From Eledone cirrhosa (taxonomy: Eukaryota): a DNA stretch of 64,000 nt. This document shows positions 1 through 10,281 of the stretch, one piece after another; position 1 is the stretch's first letter, and each line of letters opens with the position of its first letter. The notes under the pieces are model-generated. The model was given only the letters and a program-made list of their open reading frames with translations, searched no databases and was not told where the DNA came from. A program made the position numbers and the translations under genes. The stretch lies in NCBI GenBank assembly GCA_964016885.1, contig OZ024743.1, positions 213,156,001-213,220,000 on the forward strand. Reading direction: 5' to 3'.

Positions 1-164
1 GATGCGAAATCTTGCATGCATATATTTCAGCTCTTCTTATTAATAACTGCATTGTTTCTTTCCAGGGACTATATTGAAAAAATATGCCTTATTTAGTCAT
101 TCCATGAGAGTATCTTAGTCAGCCTATGAATTTTTCAGCCTATGAACTTTTCAGCTGATTCTCG
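1..164. mobile_element. Mariner-derived MITE, truncated by the window start
   Basis: Ends in TCAGCCTATGAACTTTTCAGCTGATTCTCG followed by TA. Same terminal inverted repeat (TIR) and body as the copies at 22047, 22271, 39956, 40367 and 43720. Confidence 0.75.
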
Positions 165-299
165 TATGTATGCTGGACCTCTGTCGATTCCAACGACGAA
201 TGTTTCAGTTGTTCGATCAACCGAATAGTCAGCTCGTGAAATGAACATGGAAGTGGCTCTGTATTTCATAAACACATAGTCTCTAAGTAGATTCAGCAT

Positions 300-450
300 G
301 GCACAGTGTGTGATGAGGCTGCCCCTTGAATTACAGGTACAACTAGCTCTTTCCATCCGAGTGGACTGGAGGAAAGTGAAATAACGTGTCTTGCTCAAGG
401 AAACAAGGTGGTACCGGGAATCGGACTTACGACTGAACGATAGCGTATGC
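300..450 (-). mobile_element. Decayed tRNA-derived CORE-type SINE
   Basis: GTGAAATAACGTGTCTTGCTCAAGGA core and a degenerate B-box, shared with the copy at 19465-19799. Confidence 0.5.
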
Positions 451-878
451 ATACATACATACATACATTGGGGCACTGGGATATGTTAGTAACTGCCTCA
501 ATATAAATCTTGAGAAGCTAGGCTTCACAGGAACAGAAAGAACACAACTAGTTAGGAAATTACAAGTACAATCCATTAATTGAACAGAAAAAATATGTAA
601 AACATTCCAAAAATGTTGCATCTAATAACTGCCTATACACATGTACAGATGAAAAGCATACAACTCAAAACATCCACATCCACACATACAATAACATCTA
701 TATCTACACATGCATGCATACATACATATCTACCTAGTTGATGTGTAAATTCCAATGAGAAAGTCTTGTGGCTATGTTAGAAACCGACTCATTCTCTATT
801 GGTAAAACTTTGTGAAATTATAAAACCAGAAGAACAAACATACATGCAAACATACATATATATATTCATATGTAAATA

Positions 879-881
<3 letters not shown>

Positions 882-976
<95 letters not shown>

Positions 977-982
977 ACACAC

Positions 983-1046
<64 letters not shown>

Positions 1047-1058
1047 TATATTTGTATG

Positions 1059-1091
<33 letters not shown>

Positions 1092-1110
1092 GCATACATA
1101 CATACATACA
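882..1110. repeat. Compound (CA)n/(TA)n/(CATA)n microsatellite
   Basis: Directly visible. Confidence 0.95.
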
Positions 1111-1121
1111 TTCATATATAA

Positions 1122-1728
1122 ATGGTGGCTGCCAACTCGTTTTCGAGTACGGCCACTACTTTATATCCATGTAGGAGAACCTCTACCGATGCGCTGAACG
1201 AGTGTGACTTTTTAGTCCAGCCAGCGACTTGAAAACTCTGGTACAAAGACTACACTTGTGACCATTATTGACACATAGTGCAGGGCCCATGGTACCATGT
1301 GATGACAAGTGCAGAGAGATATCCAGATATAAAGCAATGCCTGTGCCGTGAAGCTTTTATAGTGAGCAAAGGCACTGCACAAAGCCAGTCCCACTCTCTT
1401 AACCAACATGATATTTACCAAAAAGAAGAACAAGTCAACATCATTGGATACCATCAGGGTTGCAGGTGTTATATCAGAGTTTTCCTTCTCCTAGAATTCT
1501 GCCTTGACAAAGGCTAAGAGGTCATCTCTCCCAGTGATTTGGGATGGCCATTGACTCTTAAGAGCTCCCTTGCCCTTTGACAGGTTTTGTTTTTAGTCCT
1601 GCAGGATGTCCAAAGTCACCCTCCTCACCAAGAAACCTTGGTGGGGTTGCCAGTTTAGTCGCCAACGACCCGACCATAAGACAGGTTGTACTGGGATACA
1701 TGTTACCAGTAGCACCAACTGGTGACCT
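1122..1728 (-). mobile_element. Bipartite non-autonomous RTE-clade element (5'UTR fused to the ORF 3' end), copy 1
   Basis: The minus strand carries an RTE-like 5'UTR motif (CTAGGAGAAGGAAAACTCTGA). It then encodes a C2H2 C-terminus, CSLCTRVFKSLAGLKSHTRSAHR*, and a 3' stem-loop CTCG-AAAA-CGAG. Near-identical to 24292-24905. Confidence 0.65.
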
Positions 1729-1787
1729 CATATATAAATACGTACATACATACAAACATACAAACATACATATATATATACATACAT

Positions 1788-1972
1788 AATTGTTTCTACT
1801 TTTGGCACAAGGCCAGCAATTATTCCAGTATATTTCTGGTACTTTATTTTATCGACCCCGTAAGGATGAAAGGCAAAGTTAACCCCGGCAGGATTTGAAC
1901 TCAGATCGTAAAGGGACATAACTATGCTGGAAAGCATGTCCGACACTCTACCGATACTGCCAATTCACCGCC
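1788..1972 (-). mobile_element. tRNA-derived SINE with a Meta-like domain
   Basis: A-box TGGCAGTATCGG, B-box GAGTTCAAATCC and the domain GCCTTTCATCCTTACGGGGTCGATAAAATAAAGTACCAG. About 15 copies in the window. Confidence 0.8.
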
Positions 1973-2489
1973 CTTATATATACATACATAATGACTGTCG
2001 ATTCGATATCGTATGCCCATTTGTTGTGCCCCCAACTTCCTTTCTTTTAACAATACCAGATGTCACAATCACAGCTTTTCACATGGCAGTGACGAAGATC
2101 TCACTTGATTAACAACAAATGCACTTCAACATGCATATGAACACATACCCTACCAGTCGCTATATAGGAAAACATTTGTATCTTACAGATTAACTACCAG
2201 ACTAAGAGTCATCTTAAAAAACCAAATAGATAATCTGAACCATGATATTCTGAACATGACAGTGCTTATAAATTAAAGATGGAATCGTAAAGGTGCCGGC
2301 CTTTCATACGACGCGTCTTATGCATTTAAGACCTGTTTGAGGCATCCCAGAATGGATACAATCTAATGATTGTAACTAATAAAATAATAAAAAATACTCT
2401 AAATAAATCCACTTACAATATTTTTTTCTGAATCGATCGACAAGACTCCAGAGCTCATTCGCGCACCAGGTGAGGCTAAAGCTCGTTAA

Positions 2490-2674
2490 ATAGGACCAAG
2501 GAAACAATGTTTCCATTGCTGATACTCTCTACCGGTCGCAAGTCATAGCAGAAGGAGCAACGTGAAATATAGTGTCTTACTCAAGGACATAACGCATTGC
2601 ATGGACCAGGAATTGAACTCGAAACCTCACGATTGTGAATCCAATTCTCTAACCACTAAGCAACGCTCCTTCAC
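2490..2674 (-). mobile_element. tRNA-derived CORE-type SINE
   Basis: Head GTGAAGGAGCGTTGCTTAGTGGTTAGAG...GAGTTCAATTCC, then TGTCCTTGAGTAAGACAC. Confidence 0.7.
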
Positions 2675-2884
2675 AAATAGCTATTAGAATTATACATGAT
2701 ACTATGTTAGATCCTATGAAATAACTGATACTTAAATGACATCACTAGTGTTTCCACTTCGATTTTCGTTCATCCAGAATTATTTTAAAGATTCGGATTT
2801 GAGTCTAAATAAATATGGCTTCCGAAGGAACCATGGAATCATGGATCGTGTTCTAATAAATATATAAATGATACATATTAATTT

Positions 2885-3087
2885 TGAGGGTCACCTGAAA
2901 AGTTCAAAGATTGAAAATTTCATAGGCTGACCAAGATATTCTCATGGAATGAGAGTTTATTTTACAACATAGTCCTTGGAAAGAAACAATGCAGATATTA
3001 ATAAGAGTTAAAATTGACGCATAGAAGATTTCACAGCTCTAGCATCACTCCTTCATACTCATCTTATGAACTTTTCAGCGGAACTTG
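2885..3087. mobile_element. Decayed mariner-derived MITE
   Basis: Degenerate TIRs GAGGGTCACCTGAAAAGTTCA / TGAACTTTTCAGCGGAACTTG and the shared family body. Confidence 0.65.
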
Positions 3088-3609
3088 TAGTTTATCACTC
3101 TATATTTATCAAATCATTGATATAATATGGGATGCATCTTGGAGTACCGGATTATATCGGTAAACTCAAACACATGCACAAACCCATACACATATACATA
3201 TGTAAGTGCAATACACACCCGCACAGTTTTCAGTTAACGAATCCCAACCACAAAGTATTGATTTATTCATATACATATATGCACACATATACACACATTT
3301 ATAAATTTATTCATCTTTCCCTTGTAAATTTATTCACATTACGCTTCCACCATTGCGTCCTTAATTGTGGAATTCTCTGCTATTTTATCTATCTATCTAT
3401 CTGATGGACACACGCGTATAACTTGCTGAGTAAGTTCTGTTTAAATTTCTATAGAAATTCTTGTCTGATAACTTTAAATTTTGTACCATTTTGTAGAGGG
3501 ACTGCCAGGTCAAACTTTGATCTGGTCAGTCTCTCAAAATATTCTACGCCTTTAGGCGAAATAGTTAAAAAAAAAGTTTTTTCTTGTTGAAAAGTCAATA
3601 TTTTTTTAA

Positions 3610-5391
3610 ATGGCCGAAGCTTCTTCACCAAAATTCGAAGGAGGAAAGGGGAAGATGAACTTACAGCTTCCCCCTGCCACTGTCACAGTAGCAGAGGTCA
3701 AGAAGATAGGTCAGCCAGAGGAAGAATTCTCTCCACCTGTTAACCGACAACTTGACGTTACCATGGCAACAACCCAAAGAACCAACAGCAACAACAACAA
3801 CAATGCGACGGTAGAAAACAACACCAATAACAATAACAATAACAACAACAAGACCAATAACGGTGACAACAACAACAATGACAACAACAACACCACCAAC
3901 GACAACAACAACACAAACAAACAAAATTTCTCCTTCGCCGAGACGACAAGGAAAACCCTCGACTATCTGCCAGTAGATATAACAAAAGCGAAGGAGCTAC
4001 TGGCGGATGCGAAAAAATATATAGTGTACGGGGAAAATGGTTCATTCACAATCCATTCCCCCCCGGAACTAAAAAGCCAGAGACTCCTAAACACGGTCAT
4101 GTTTAGGACAATCTCGAACAAAAGTAAAAAACCAGCTCAACCATCACAGAGCGAGATAGAGCTGGTTTTAAAAGACGTCATGAAGGACATCACCTTCATT
4201 CAGAAGGATAGACTCTACGGGAGTCTATCCATTCTCATGAAGGACAGGGACACAGCAGTGAAACTGTCCATCAAACCAATCACATCCACCGCATACACCT
4301 TCTACCCTACGTACATGGGTAGAAGAACACAAAAAATAAAAATCCACACCATCCTGCCGATTATGGACATATGGTGGGTTTTGACAGGTTTTCTGGACCT
4401 GGAGGATGACATGCTGGTGTCCATGGGAAAGGCATCGGGTGACGCGTTCAGTGGAACGAGCCTCGAACTTGTAGTTCAAATGAGGCCCGAAAGGATCGCC
4501 CAGATCCCTGAACGCGTCATACTGGATGATCTAACCTTCATCAACATTACCGTTGAGGGTAGACGGCCCTCGTGTTACCTCTGCGGAACCAGAGGTCACC
4601 TGAGGGCTGTCTGTCCCCAACTTAATAAGAAAACCCCAATCCTGCCTACACCACCAACAACTGCACAACCAACACAATCACCACAACAACCACTACAAAA
4701 ACAACCACCACAGCTCAAACCAAAACAAAACAATGTCCAACCCATCCCCTCCACTCAAAAAACAAAAACAATTTCCAAAACACCCGTACCGCAAACACAA
4801 CCCGAAAATATACCCCTCCCCTCCAACGCGGAAGATGACCCTAGTTCGTCGTCAGACGAGGAGGAGCACTTCCACACAATCAAAAGAAAAAAAAGAAAAC
4901 ACACCTCAGACACACAAATGAAAAAAACCCCTCCCCAAAACATAACACTGACACCAACACAAAAGAGCTCACAACAGCAAACAAAAAACACCACACAAAA
5001 ACAAAAACATGCATACACATACATAAATACAAGAAACAAAAAACTGTTAAACATTGTGTACAACAACAATCTAATAAAAACACAAGGGCCTAACTTCACC
5101 CAGGCAGGGGATTTCCCCCACCTCAAAATGATTAAGGCCCCACAGGACACCTATAAAACTTTAAAAAACAATTTTAAAGAGGACGTGGGTCCCCCCTGCG
5201 TCGGGCCCATTAACCGAGTCCTCCTAAAAAACTATCCCACCCCCTCCCCAAACACCCTCACAACTCCAAGCTCCCCAACCACACAACACACTGATGCCCC
5301 CACACTTCCACAAACCACCACCCCACCCAACAACCCATCCCCCACCCTAATGGAAATTGTGCAGCCCGATACCCGGGACGCAGAGAGGTAA
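3610..5391 (+). CDS. LINE ORF1 (gag-like nucleic-acid-binding protein, 593 aa)
   Basis: Open ORF with a CCHC zinc knuckle (CYLCGTRGHLRAVC), an Asn-rich N-terminus, a Pro/Gln/Thr-rich linker and a basic KRKKRK motif. Lies directly upstream of the EN-RT ORF. Confidence 0.88.
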   Translation: MAEASSPKFEGGKGKMNLQLPPATVTVAEVKKIGQPEEEFSPPVNRQLDVTMATTQRTNSNNNNNATVENNTNNNNNNNNKTNNGDNNNNDNNNTTNDNNNTNKQNFSFAETTRKTLDYLPVDITKAKELLADAKKYIVYGENGSFTIHSPPELKSQRLLNTVMFRTISNKSKKPAQPSQSEIELVLKDVMKDITFIQKDRLYGSLSILMKDRDTAVKLSIKPITSTAYTFYPTYMGRRTQKIKIHTILPIMDIWWVLTGFLDLEDDMLVSMGKASGDAFSGTSLELVVQMRPERIAQIPERVILDDLTFINITVEGRRPSCYLCGTRGHLRAVCPQLNKKTPILPTPPTTAQPTQSPQQPLQKQPPQLKPKQNNVQPIPSTQKTKTISKTPVPQTQPENIPLPSNAEDDPSSSSDEEEHFHTIKRKKRKHTSDTQMKKTPPQNITLTPTQKSSQQQTKNTTQKQKHAYTYINTRNKKLLNIVYNNNLIKTQGPNFTQAGDFPHLKMIKAPQDTYKTLKNNFKEDVGPPCVGPINRVLLKNYPTPSPNTLTTPSSPTTQHTDAPTLPQTTTPPNNPSPTLMEIVQPDTRDAER

Positions 5392-5415
5392 GTGCCTTTT
5401 CTCTTCACCACCAAC

Positions 5416-8400
5416 ATGGCTATGCTAAGAGTAGGCTGTTTAAATGCGCGTGGCCTGGGCTCAACTTGGAAGCAAGCAATGCTTCTAAATGACCTCAGGT
5501 CACAACGTATAGATGTGATGGTTATTTGCGAGGCCCGGATCAGCAACGTGCGACAGCTGGCCCCCACCTTTGATGACTTTGAGATGCACGCATCTCTCTG
5601 TCAGCCTGGAGGTGGGGGTGGAGTTGTCGTTCTGCTGCAAAAACATCTGGGTCTCGCAACACAGATGGTACATTTGGACCCGGAGGGTCGACTAGTGGTT
5701 CTGGACCTTGGCAGTGGTAAAGGCGGAGCGTTTAGGTTGGTAGCCGCCTACGGCCCTTTCGGGTCAATGCGGCCGGACTTCTTCCATCGTCTGGAGACTT
5801 TTCTAGGGACGTCCCGCTCCTTGCTATTAGTGGGGGACTGGAATGGTATCCTAGATGCACGCTGGGACTACGTAGGGGCCTGCCCCGATAGAGAGGGGTG
5901 TAATAGCCTCAAAGGGTTAATCGGTCGATTTGACCTGGCCGATAGATATCGACTAGATTTTCCGACTGCGCCAACCTGGACTTGGGCAAATCGTAGCGGA
6001 TCATCTAGGTCGTACCTAGATAGGTTCTTAGTTAGAATTAAGGATAAGGACTTTTTAAGTTGTCCAAAAATGCGCATTGTTGGCTATTCAGACCACAAAT
6101 TAGTGACCTGCATGGTCAACCTTGACAGAACTCATAGACAGGGCCCCGGTTACTGGAAGCTCAACTTGTCCTTGCCGGCAAGTAGAGCCTACAGGAATCG
6201 GATTAGTACGTTAGTTAAGGAACGGTTGACTGGAGCGATCGTCAACAGCAGGTGGTGGGTATCTCTAAAGAGAGAGATTAGAGTAGTCTCGATAGAATTT
6301 AGTAAGGGTCTAGCTGCGGATAGGAATAGGAAGGAAAGGGAGCTAATAGATAGAGTAGAAGAGGCAATTAGAAGCGGCGACGTGGCCAGAGTGCTAGCGT
6401 CGAGAACGGCTTTGAGCCAGTTTTTCGACGCGAAGCACGAAGGCTGCGTTGTCCGAAGTAAAATACGTGCTCTAGGGAACGAGGGGACCAAAGCTGTTAG
6501 CTGGGCCCGCGTGACAGAGGCCAACAGTGGAACTAAATCCACCATCCGGTCTTTGCGAGACCTGGATGGACGGGCGATTCTTGAGCCTAAGCAGATGTGT
6601 GAGGCCTTTCAAAGGCACTTTGCCCGACTGTTCGGGAGGGGCGGGGAGCCGGTTGGGAACGTGGACTTCGGTCCATACCTCGACGGCCTGCCGCGCCTCT
6701 CGGACAGGGAGGCGAAGTCCTGCGAGGAGCCGATTTCGGCCGCTGAGATAGAGGACGTGCTGAGCCAATGCGGCAAACGCAAATCCCCGGGTCTCGATGG
6801 TCTTCCTTACGAATTATATCTAGCTATGCCGGACTTGTTCCCCGATCTCCTCGAGGCGGTCTACTGCAACTGGCAACAGAACGGGAGAATTCCCTGTACT
6901 GTGACCAAGGGCGTAGTCACGCTAGTGAGGAAGGACGAGAACAAGGGGGACGAAATAAGTAACTTCAGGCCCATAACACTGCTAAATACAGAGTTACAGA
7001 TTTTGGCCAAGGTGCTAGCAAAGAGGTTGGCGCTTGTCGTGGGCAACCTGGTGGGAGATGCGCAGACATGCGCTATCCCGTCCAGGTCCATCCATGACAA
7101 CCTCCACCTCATGCGATACATCATAGAGAGGGTTGGGAACGAACCCGGCTTTGGTGGGGCTCTGATCAACTTGGATCAATCTAAGGCGTTCGATAGGGTC
7201 GACCATGGTTACCTGGATGCGGTGCTAGCGGCGGCAGGCTTCGGACCCGTTTTCAGGGGCTGGATCACTGCTATGCACAGCAGCCGCATCTGCTCTAGGG
7301 TCAAGGTGAACGGCTACCTCTCGGAGCCGTTCAAAATCGCGCGGTCCATCCGACAAGGGTGCCCTCTCTCCTCCCTTCTGTATGTATTGACTCTCGAGCC
7401 ACTACTGCGGAAGTTGGAGTTGTTGCAGGGCATCCCTTTGGAACCGGGATTGCGGAAAGCGGTGTCGGCCTACGCCGATGACGTGACAGTAATGGTGTCG
7501 ACGGCCTCCGAAATCGAGGCGGTCGGCACCTTACTGGAGGAGTACGAAAAGTTCACAGGGGCTAAGCTGAACCGGGACAAGTCGATCGGTTTGCAACTCG
7601 GCACGTGGAGGGGCAGACCGATGCCCTCCGATAGCGTCGTCGGACGCTGGACGGAGGGCCCGGTGAAGTTGCTCGGGGTCTGGTTCGGACCGGACCTCCA
7701 GGTGGAGAAAAACTGGGCGGAGGTTACGAACAGAGTGTTTGCACTGACCCAGAAGTGGGCCAGTTGCAAACTATCCCTGAAAGGTCGGGCGGAGGTGGCG
7801 AACACCTACATAGCGTCCGTCATCTACTACCGCCTGACCGTAGTGCCCTGCCCAAGGGAAACCCTCACCAAGATGGAGCGCGCGCTCTTCCAATTCCTTT
7901 GGAAGAGGCGGGCTCCTATGGTGAGGAGATCCATCTGCTGTCAACACCCTTCGAAAGGAGGGCTGGGGATGCCGTGGCTAATGATGCGTAAACACGCATT
8001 AAGGCTACGGCACCTCTACGTATTCCTCACCGGACAACCGGTGTGGGCCTCGTTTGTGAGACGAACCTTTCCCAGACTCGTCTCACTCACCGAGCTGCAA
8101 TCCTGGGTCAAGCAAAGACCGAGAAAACTGGGCGCCTGGCACACTGAGTGTGCCCAGGCGCTCACCGCCCTCTGGCAGGCGGATCCGGTTATCAGTGGAG
8201 ACTCCACCGCAACATTCTATAGAGGGCTGGTACGCAGCAGGTGCGACGACGCCCTCGGAGAAGCCCTAGACATGGAGGAGGACGAACTGGCCAGCCTTTT
8301 CGGTAGGACATTCAGCCCGGGACCTATGGACAACTTCCAGAAGTCCCTGGCCTGGCAGTGCTACCGAGGGGCTTTACCCGTTCGAGAAAGGCTCTACAGA

Positions 8401-8853
8401 CACGGGCGCCCGGGTAGGGACCCCGCCAAAAAGATCTGTCCCAGATGCGTGTGCGACGAGGAAACCGTTGCACACGCATTAGTACACTGCTCGGGCGTAG
8501 CCGATCTGTGGGGCTATGTCGAACAACTGCTGTCAAGGGTGGGACCGATCCGGTTGACCACCGAGTCTATTGTAATGATCAAGCCGCCTCCCCCCTTCAA
8601 AGATGAAGCAGAGGCGGTGTTTCTGTGCGTAATAGCCATGGCGAAAGAGGTTGTATGGTGGACGCGTCTGAAAGGACTGAGGTCGGGCACCTTTCTCTCT
8701 GGCCAACAACTGGTCCGTTTCTTCCGATATCATTTCGGAAGAAGGATCAGGATGGAGAGAGAGGTGCTGCACCCCAGCCGTTTCTATGAAAGATGGGTGA
8801 AAGTGGCGAGAATGGCCCGTGTGAATGGGCCTTCACTCTACATCAGACTATAG
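5416..8853 (+). CDS. LINE ORF2: APE endonuclease + reverse transcriptase + C-terminal Cys/His zinc finger
   Basis: Endonuclease motifs LNARGL, ICE, AYGP, GDWN, LDRF, SDH. RT motifs SPGLDG, FRPITLLN, DQSKAFDRV, RQGCPLS, YADD. Zinc finger CPRC...ETVAHALVHC. No stops. First ATG at 5416 in the context ACCAACATGG; the frame is open from 5392. Confidence 0.95.
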   Translation: MAMLRVGCLNARGLGSTWKQAMLLNDLRSQRIDVMVICEARISNVRQLAPTFDDFEMHASLCQPGGGGGVVVLLQKHLGLATQMVHLDPEGRLVVLDLGSGKGGAFRLVAAYGPFGSMRPDFFHRLETFLGTSRSLLLVGDWNGILDARWDYVGACPDREGCNSLKGLIGRFDLADRYRLDFPTAPTWTWANRSGSSRSYLDRFLVRIKDKDFLSCPKMRIVGYSDHKLVTCMVNLDRTHRQGPGYWKLNLSLPASRAYRNRISTLVKERLTGAIVNSRWWVSLKREIRVVSIEFSKGLAADRNRKERELIDRVEEAIRSGDVARVLASRTALSQFFDAKHEGCVVRSKIRALGNEGTKAVSWARVTEANSGTKSTIRSLRDLDGRAILEPKQMCEAFQRHFARLFGRGGEPVGNVDFGPYLDGLPRLSDREAKSCEEPISAAEIEDVLSQCGKRKSPGLDGLPYELYLAMPDLFPDLLEAVYCNWQQNGRIPCTVTKGVVTLVRKDENKGDEISNFRPITLLNTELQILAKVLAKRLALVVGNLVGDAQTCAIPSRSIHDNLHLMRYIIERVGNEPGFGGALINLDQSKAFDRVDHGYLDAVLAAAGFGPVFRGWITAMHSSRICSRVKVNGYLSEPFKIARSIRQGCPLSSLLYVLTLEPLLRKLELLQGIPLEPGLRKAVSAYADDVTVMVSTASEIEAVGTLLEEYEKFTGAKLNRDKSIGLQLGTWRGRPMPSDSVVGRWTEGPVKLLGVWFGPDLQVEKNWAEVTNRVFALTQKWASCKLSLKGRAEVANTYIASVIYYRLTVVPCPRETLTKMERALFQFLWKRRAPMVRRSICCQHPSKGGLGMPWLMMRKHALRLRHLYVFLTGQPVWASFVRRTFPRLVSLTELQSWVKQRPRKLGAWHTECAQALTALWQADPVISGDSTATFYRGLVRSRCDDALGEALDMEEDELASLFGRTFSPGPMDNFQKSLAWQCYRGALPVRERLYRHGRPGRDPAKKICPRCVCDEETVAHALVHCSGVADLWGYVEQLLSRVGPIRLTTESIVMIKPPPPFKDEAEAVFLCVIAMAKEVVWWTRLKGLRSGTFLSGQQLVRFFRYHFGRRIRMEREVLHPSRFYERWVKVARMARVNGPSLYIRL

Positions 8854-9117
8854 GTGAGGAAGATGAAAGACCAAGGGAGCACCCCTTCTCTGTGCTCCTG
8901 AGGAGAAGGGTTGCACACTTTTTTCGGGGGTGTGTGCGACCCCCCAAGGCGCCTCCTCTCTATTGAGGATTTTGTTAAAAATTTTATTTTTTGTTATATC
9001 TTATTTTATTTTTATATTTTGTTATTGCCTCCTCCTTATTGAGGACGCCTTTTTGTGTAAACTCCCCCCTTTGTACTTGTCCCACTTTTGATGCCCTAGT
9101 GGCAAATAAAAGAAATA

Positions 9118-9156
<39 letters not shown>

Positions 9157-9276
9157 ATATTATTTTATTTTTATATATTGTTATTGCCTCCTCCTTATTG
9201 AGGACGCCTTGTTTTGTAAACTCCCCCCATTGTACTTGTCCCACTTTTGATGCCCTGGTGGCAAATAAAAGAAACA

Positions 9277-9277
<1 letters not shown>
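9157..9277 (+). mobile_element. ~120-bp 3'-terminal copy of the same LINE, between (TATC)n tracts
   Basis: Repeats the last ~120 bp of the 3'UTR with its own SNPs (CCTTGTTTTG, GCCCTGGTGG, GAAACAT). Confidence 0.85.
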
Positions 9278-9339
<62 letters not shown>

Positions 9340-9341
<2 letters not shown>

Positions 9342-10022
9342 CTGTCCCAGATGCGTGTGCGACGAGGAAACCGTTGCACACGCATTGGTACACTGCTCGG
9401 GCGTAGCCGATCTGTGGGGCTATGTCGAACAACTGCTGTCAAGGGTGGGACCGATCCGGTTGACCACTGAGTCTATTGTAATGATCAAGCCGCCTGCCCC
9501 CTTCAAAGATGAAGGAGAGGCGGTGTTTCTGTGCGTAATAGCCATGGTGAAAGAAGTTGTATGGTGGACGCGTCTGAAAGGACTGAGGTCAGGCACCTTT
9601 CTCTCTGGCCAACAACTGGTCCGTTTCTTCCGATATCATTTCGGAAGAAAGATCAGGATGGAGAGAGAGGTGCTCCACCCCAGTCGTTTTTATGAAAGGT
9701 GGGTGAAAGTGGCGAGAATGGCCCGTGTGAATGGGCCTTCTCTCTACATAAGCCTGTAGGTGGAAAGGAGGAAGGAACGAGGGAGCACCCCCTCTCTGTG
9801 CTCCTGAGGAAAAGGGTTGCACACTTTTTTCGGGGGTGTGTGCGACCCCCCAAGGCGCCTCCTCTCTATTGAGGATTTTGTTATAAATTTTATTTGTTGT
9901 TATATTTTATTTTATTTTTATATATTGTTATTGCCTCCTCCTTATTGAGGACGCCTTTTTGTGTAAACTCCCCCCTTTGTACTTGTCCCACTTTTGATGC
10001 CCTGGTGGCAAATAAAAGAAAC

Positions 10023-10023
<1 letters not shown>
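9340..10023 (+). mobile_element. 5'-truncated copy of the same LINE (zinc finger + 3'UTR)
   Basis: Starts at TCTGTCCCAGATG (equivalent to ~8435) and encodes CPRCVCDEETVAHALVHC...YISL*. Followed by (TATC)n. Confidence 0.9.
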
Positions 10024-10064
<41 letters not shown>

Positions 10065-10122
10065 ATGCCTTTCTGCATACCTACTTAACTCTCTCTCCCC
10101 CTCTCACTCTCCACACACACAC

Positions 10123-10165
<43 letters not shown>

Positions 10166-10281
10166 CACACTCATGGAGTTGTATAAAGATCAAACAGGAA
10201 AACACGAAATATTAGCTAAGAGTAACAGTGTATTTATCATAGTAATATCACTGGAAATTTAATCCACATTTGGGATCTACA

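Larger units (their letters stand above)
3403..9117 (+). mobile_element. Full-length L1/Tx1-type non-LTR retrotransposon inserted in (TATC)n
   Basis: About 200-bp 5'UTR, ORF1, ORF2, and a 3'UTR ending AATAAAAGAAATAT. (TATC)4 lies immediately 5' (3386-3401) and (TATC)n immediately 3'. Confidence 0.92.

Noticed and set aside
789-1197. ORFs of the [16 protein letters not shown] type here and throughout the window
   Set aside because: Translations of dinucleotide microsatellites, which lack stop codons; no coding evidence.
1640-1728. HDV-like ribozyme at the 5' end of the RTE-derived element
   Set aside because: Hairpins and CUAA are present, but no consistent P1/P2/P3 double pseudoknot could be built across the three copies.
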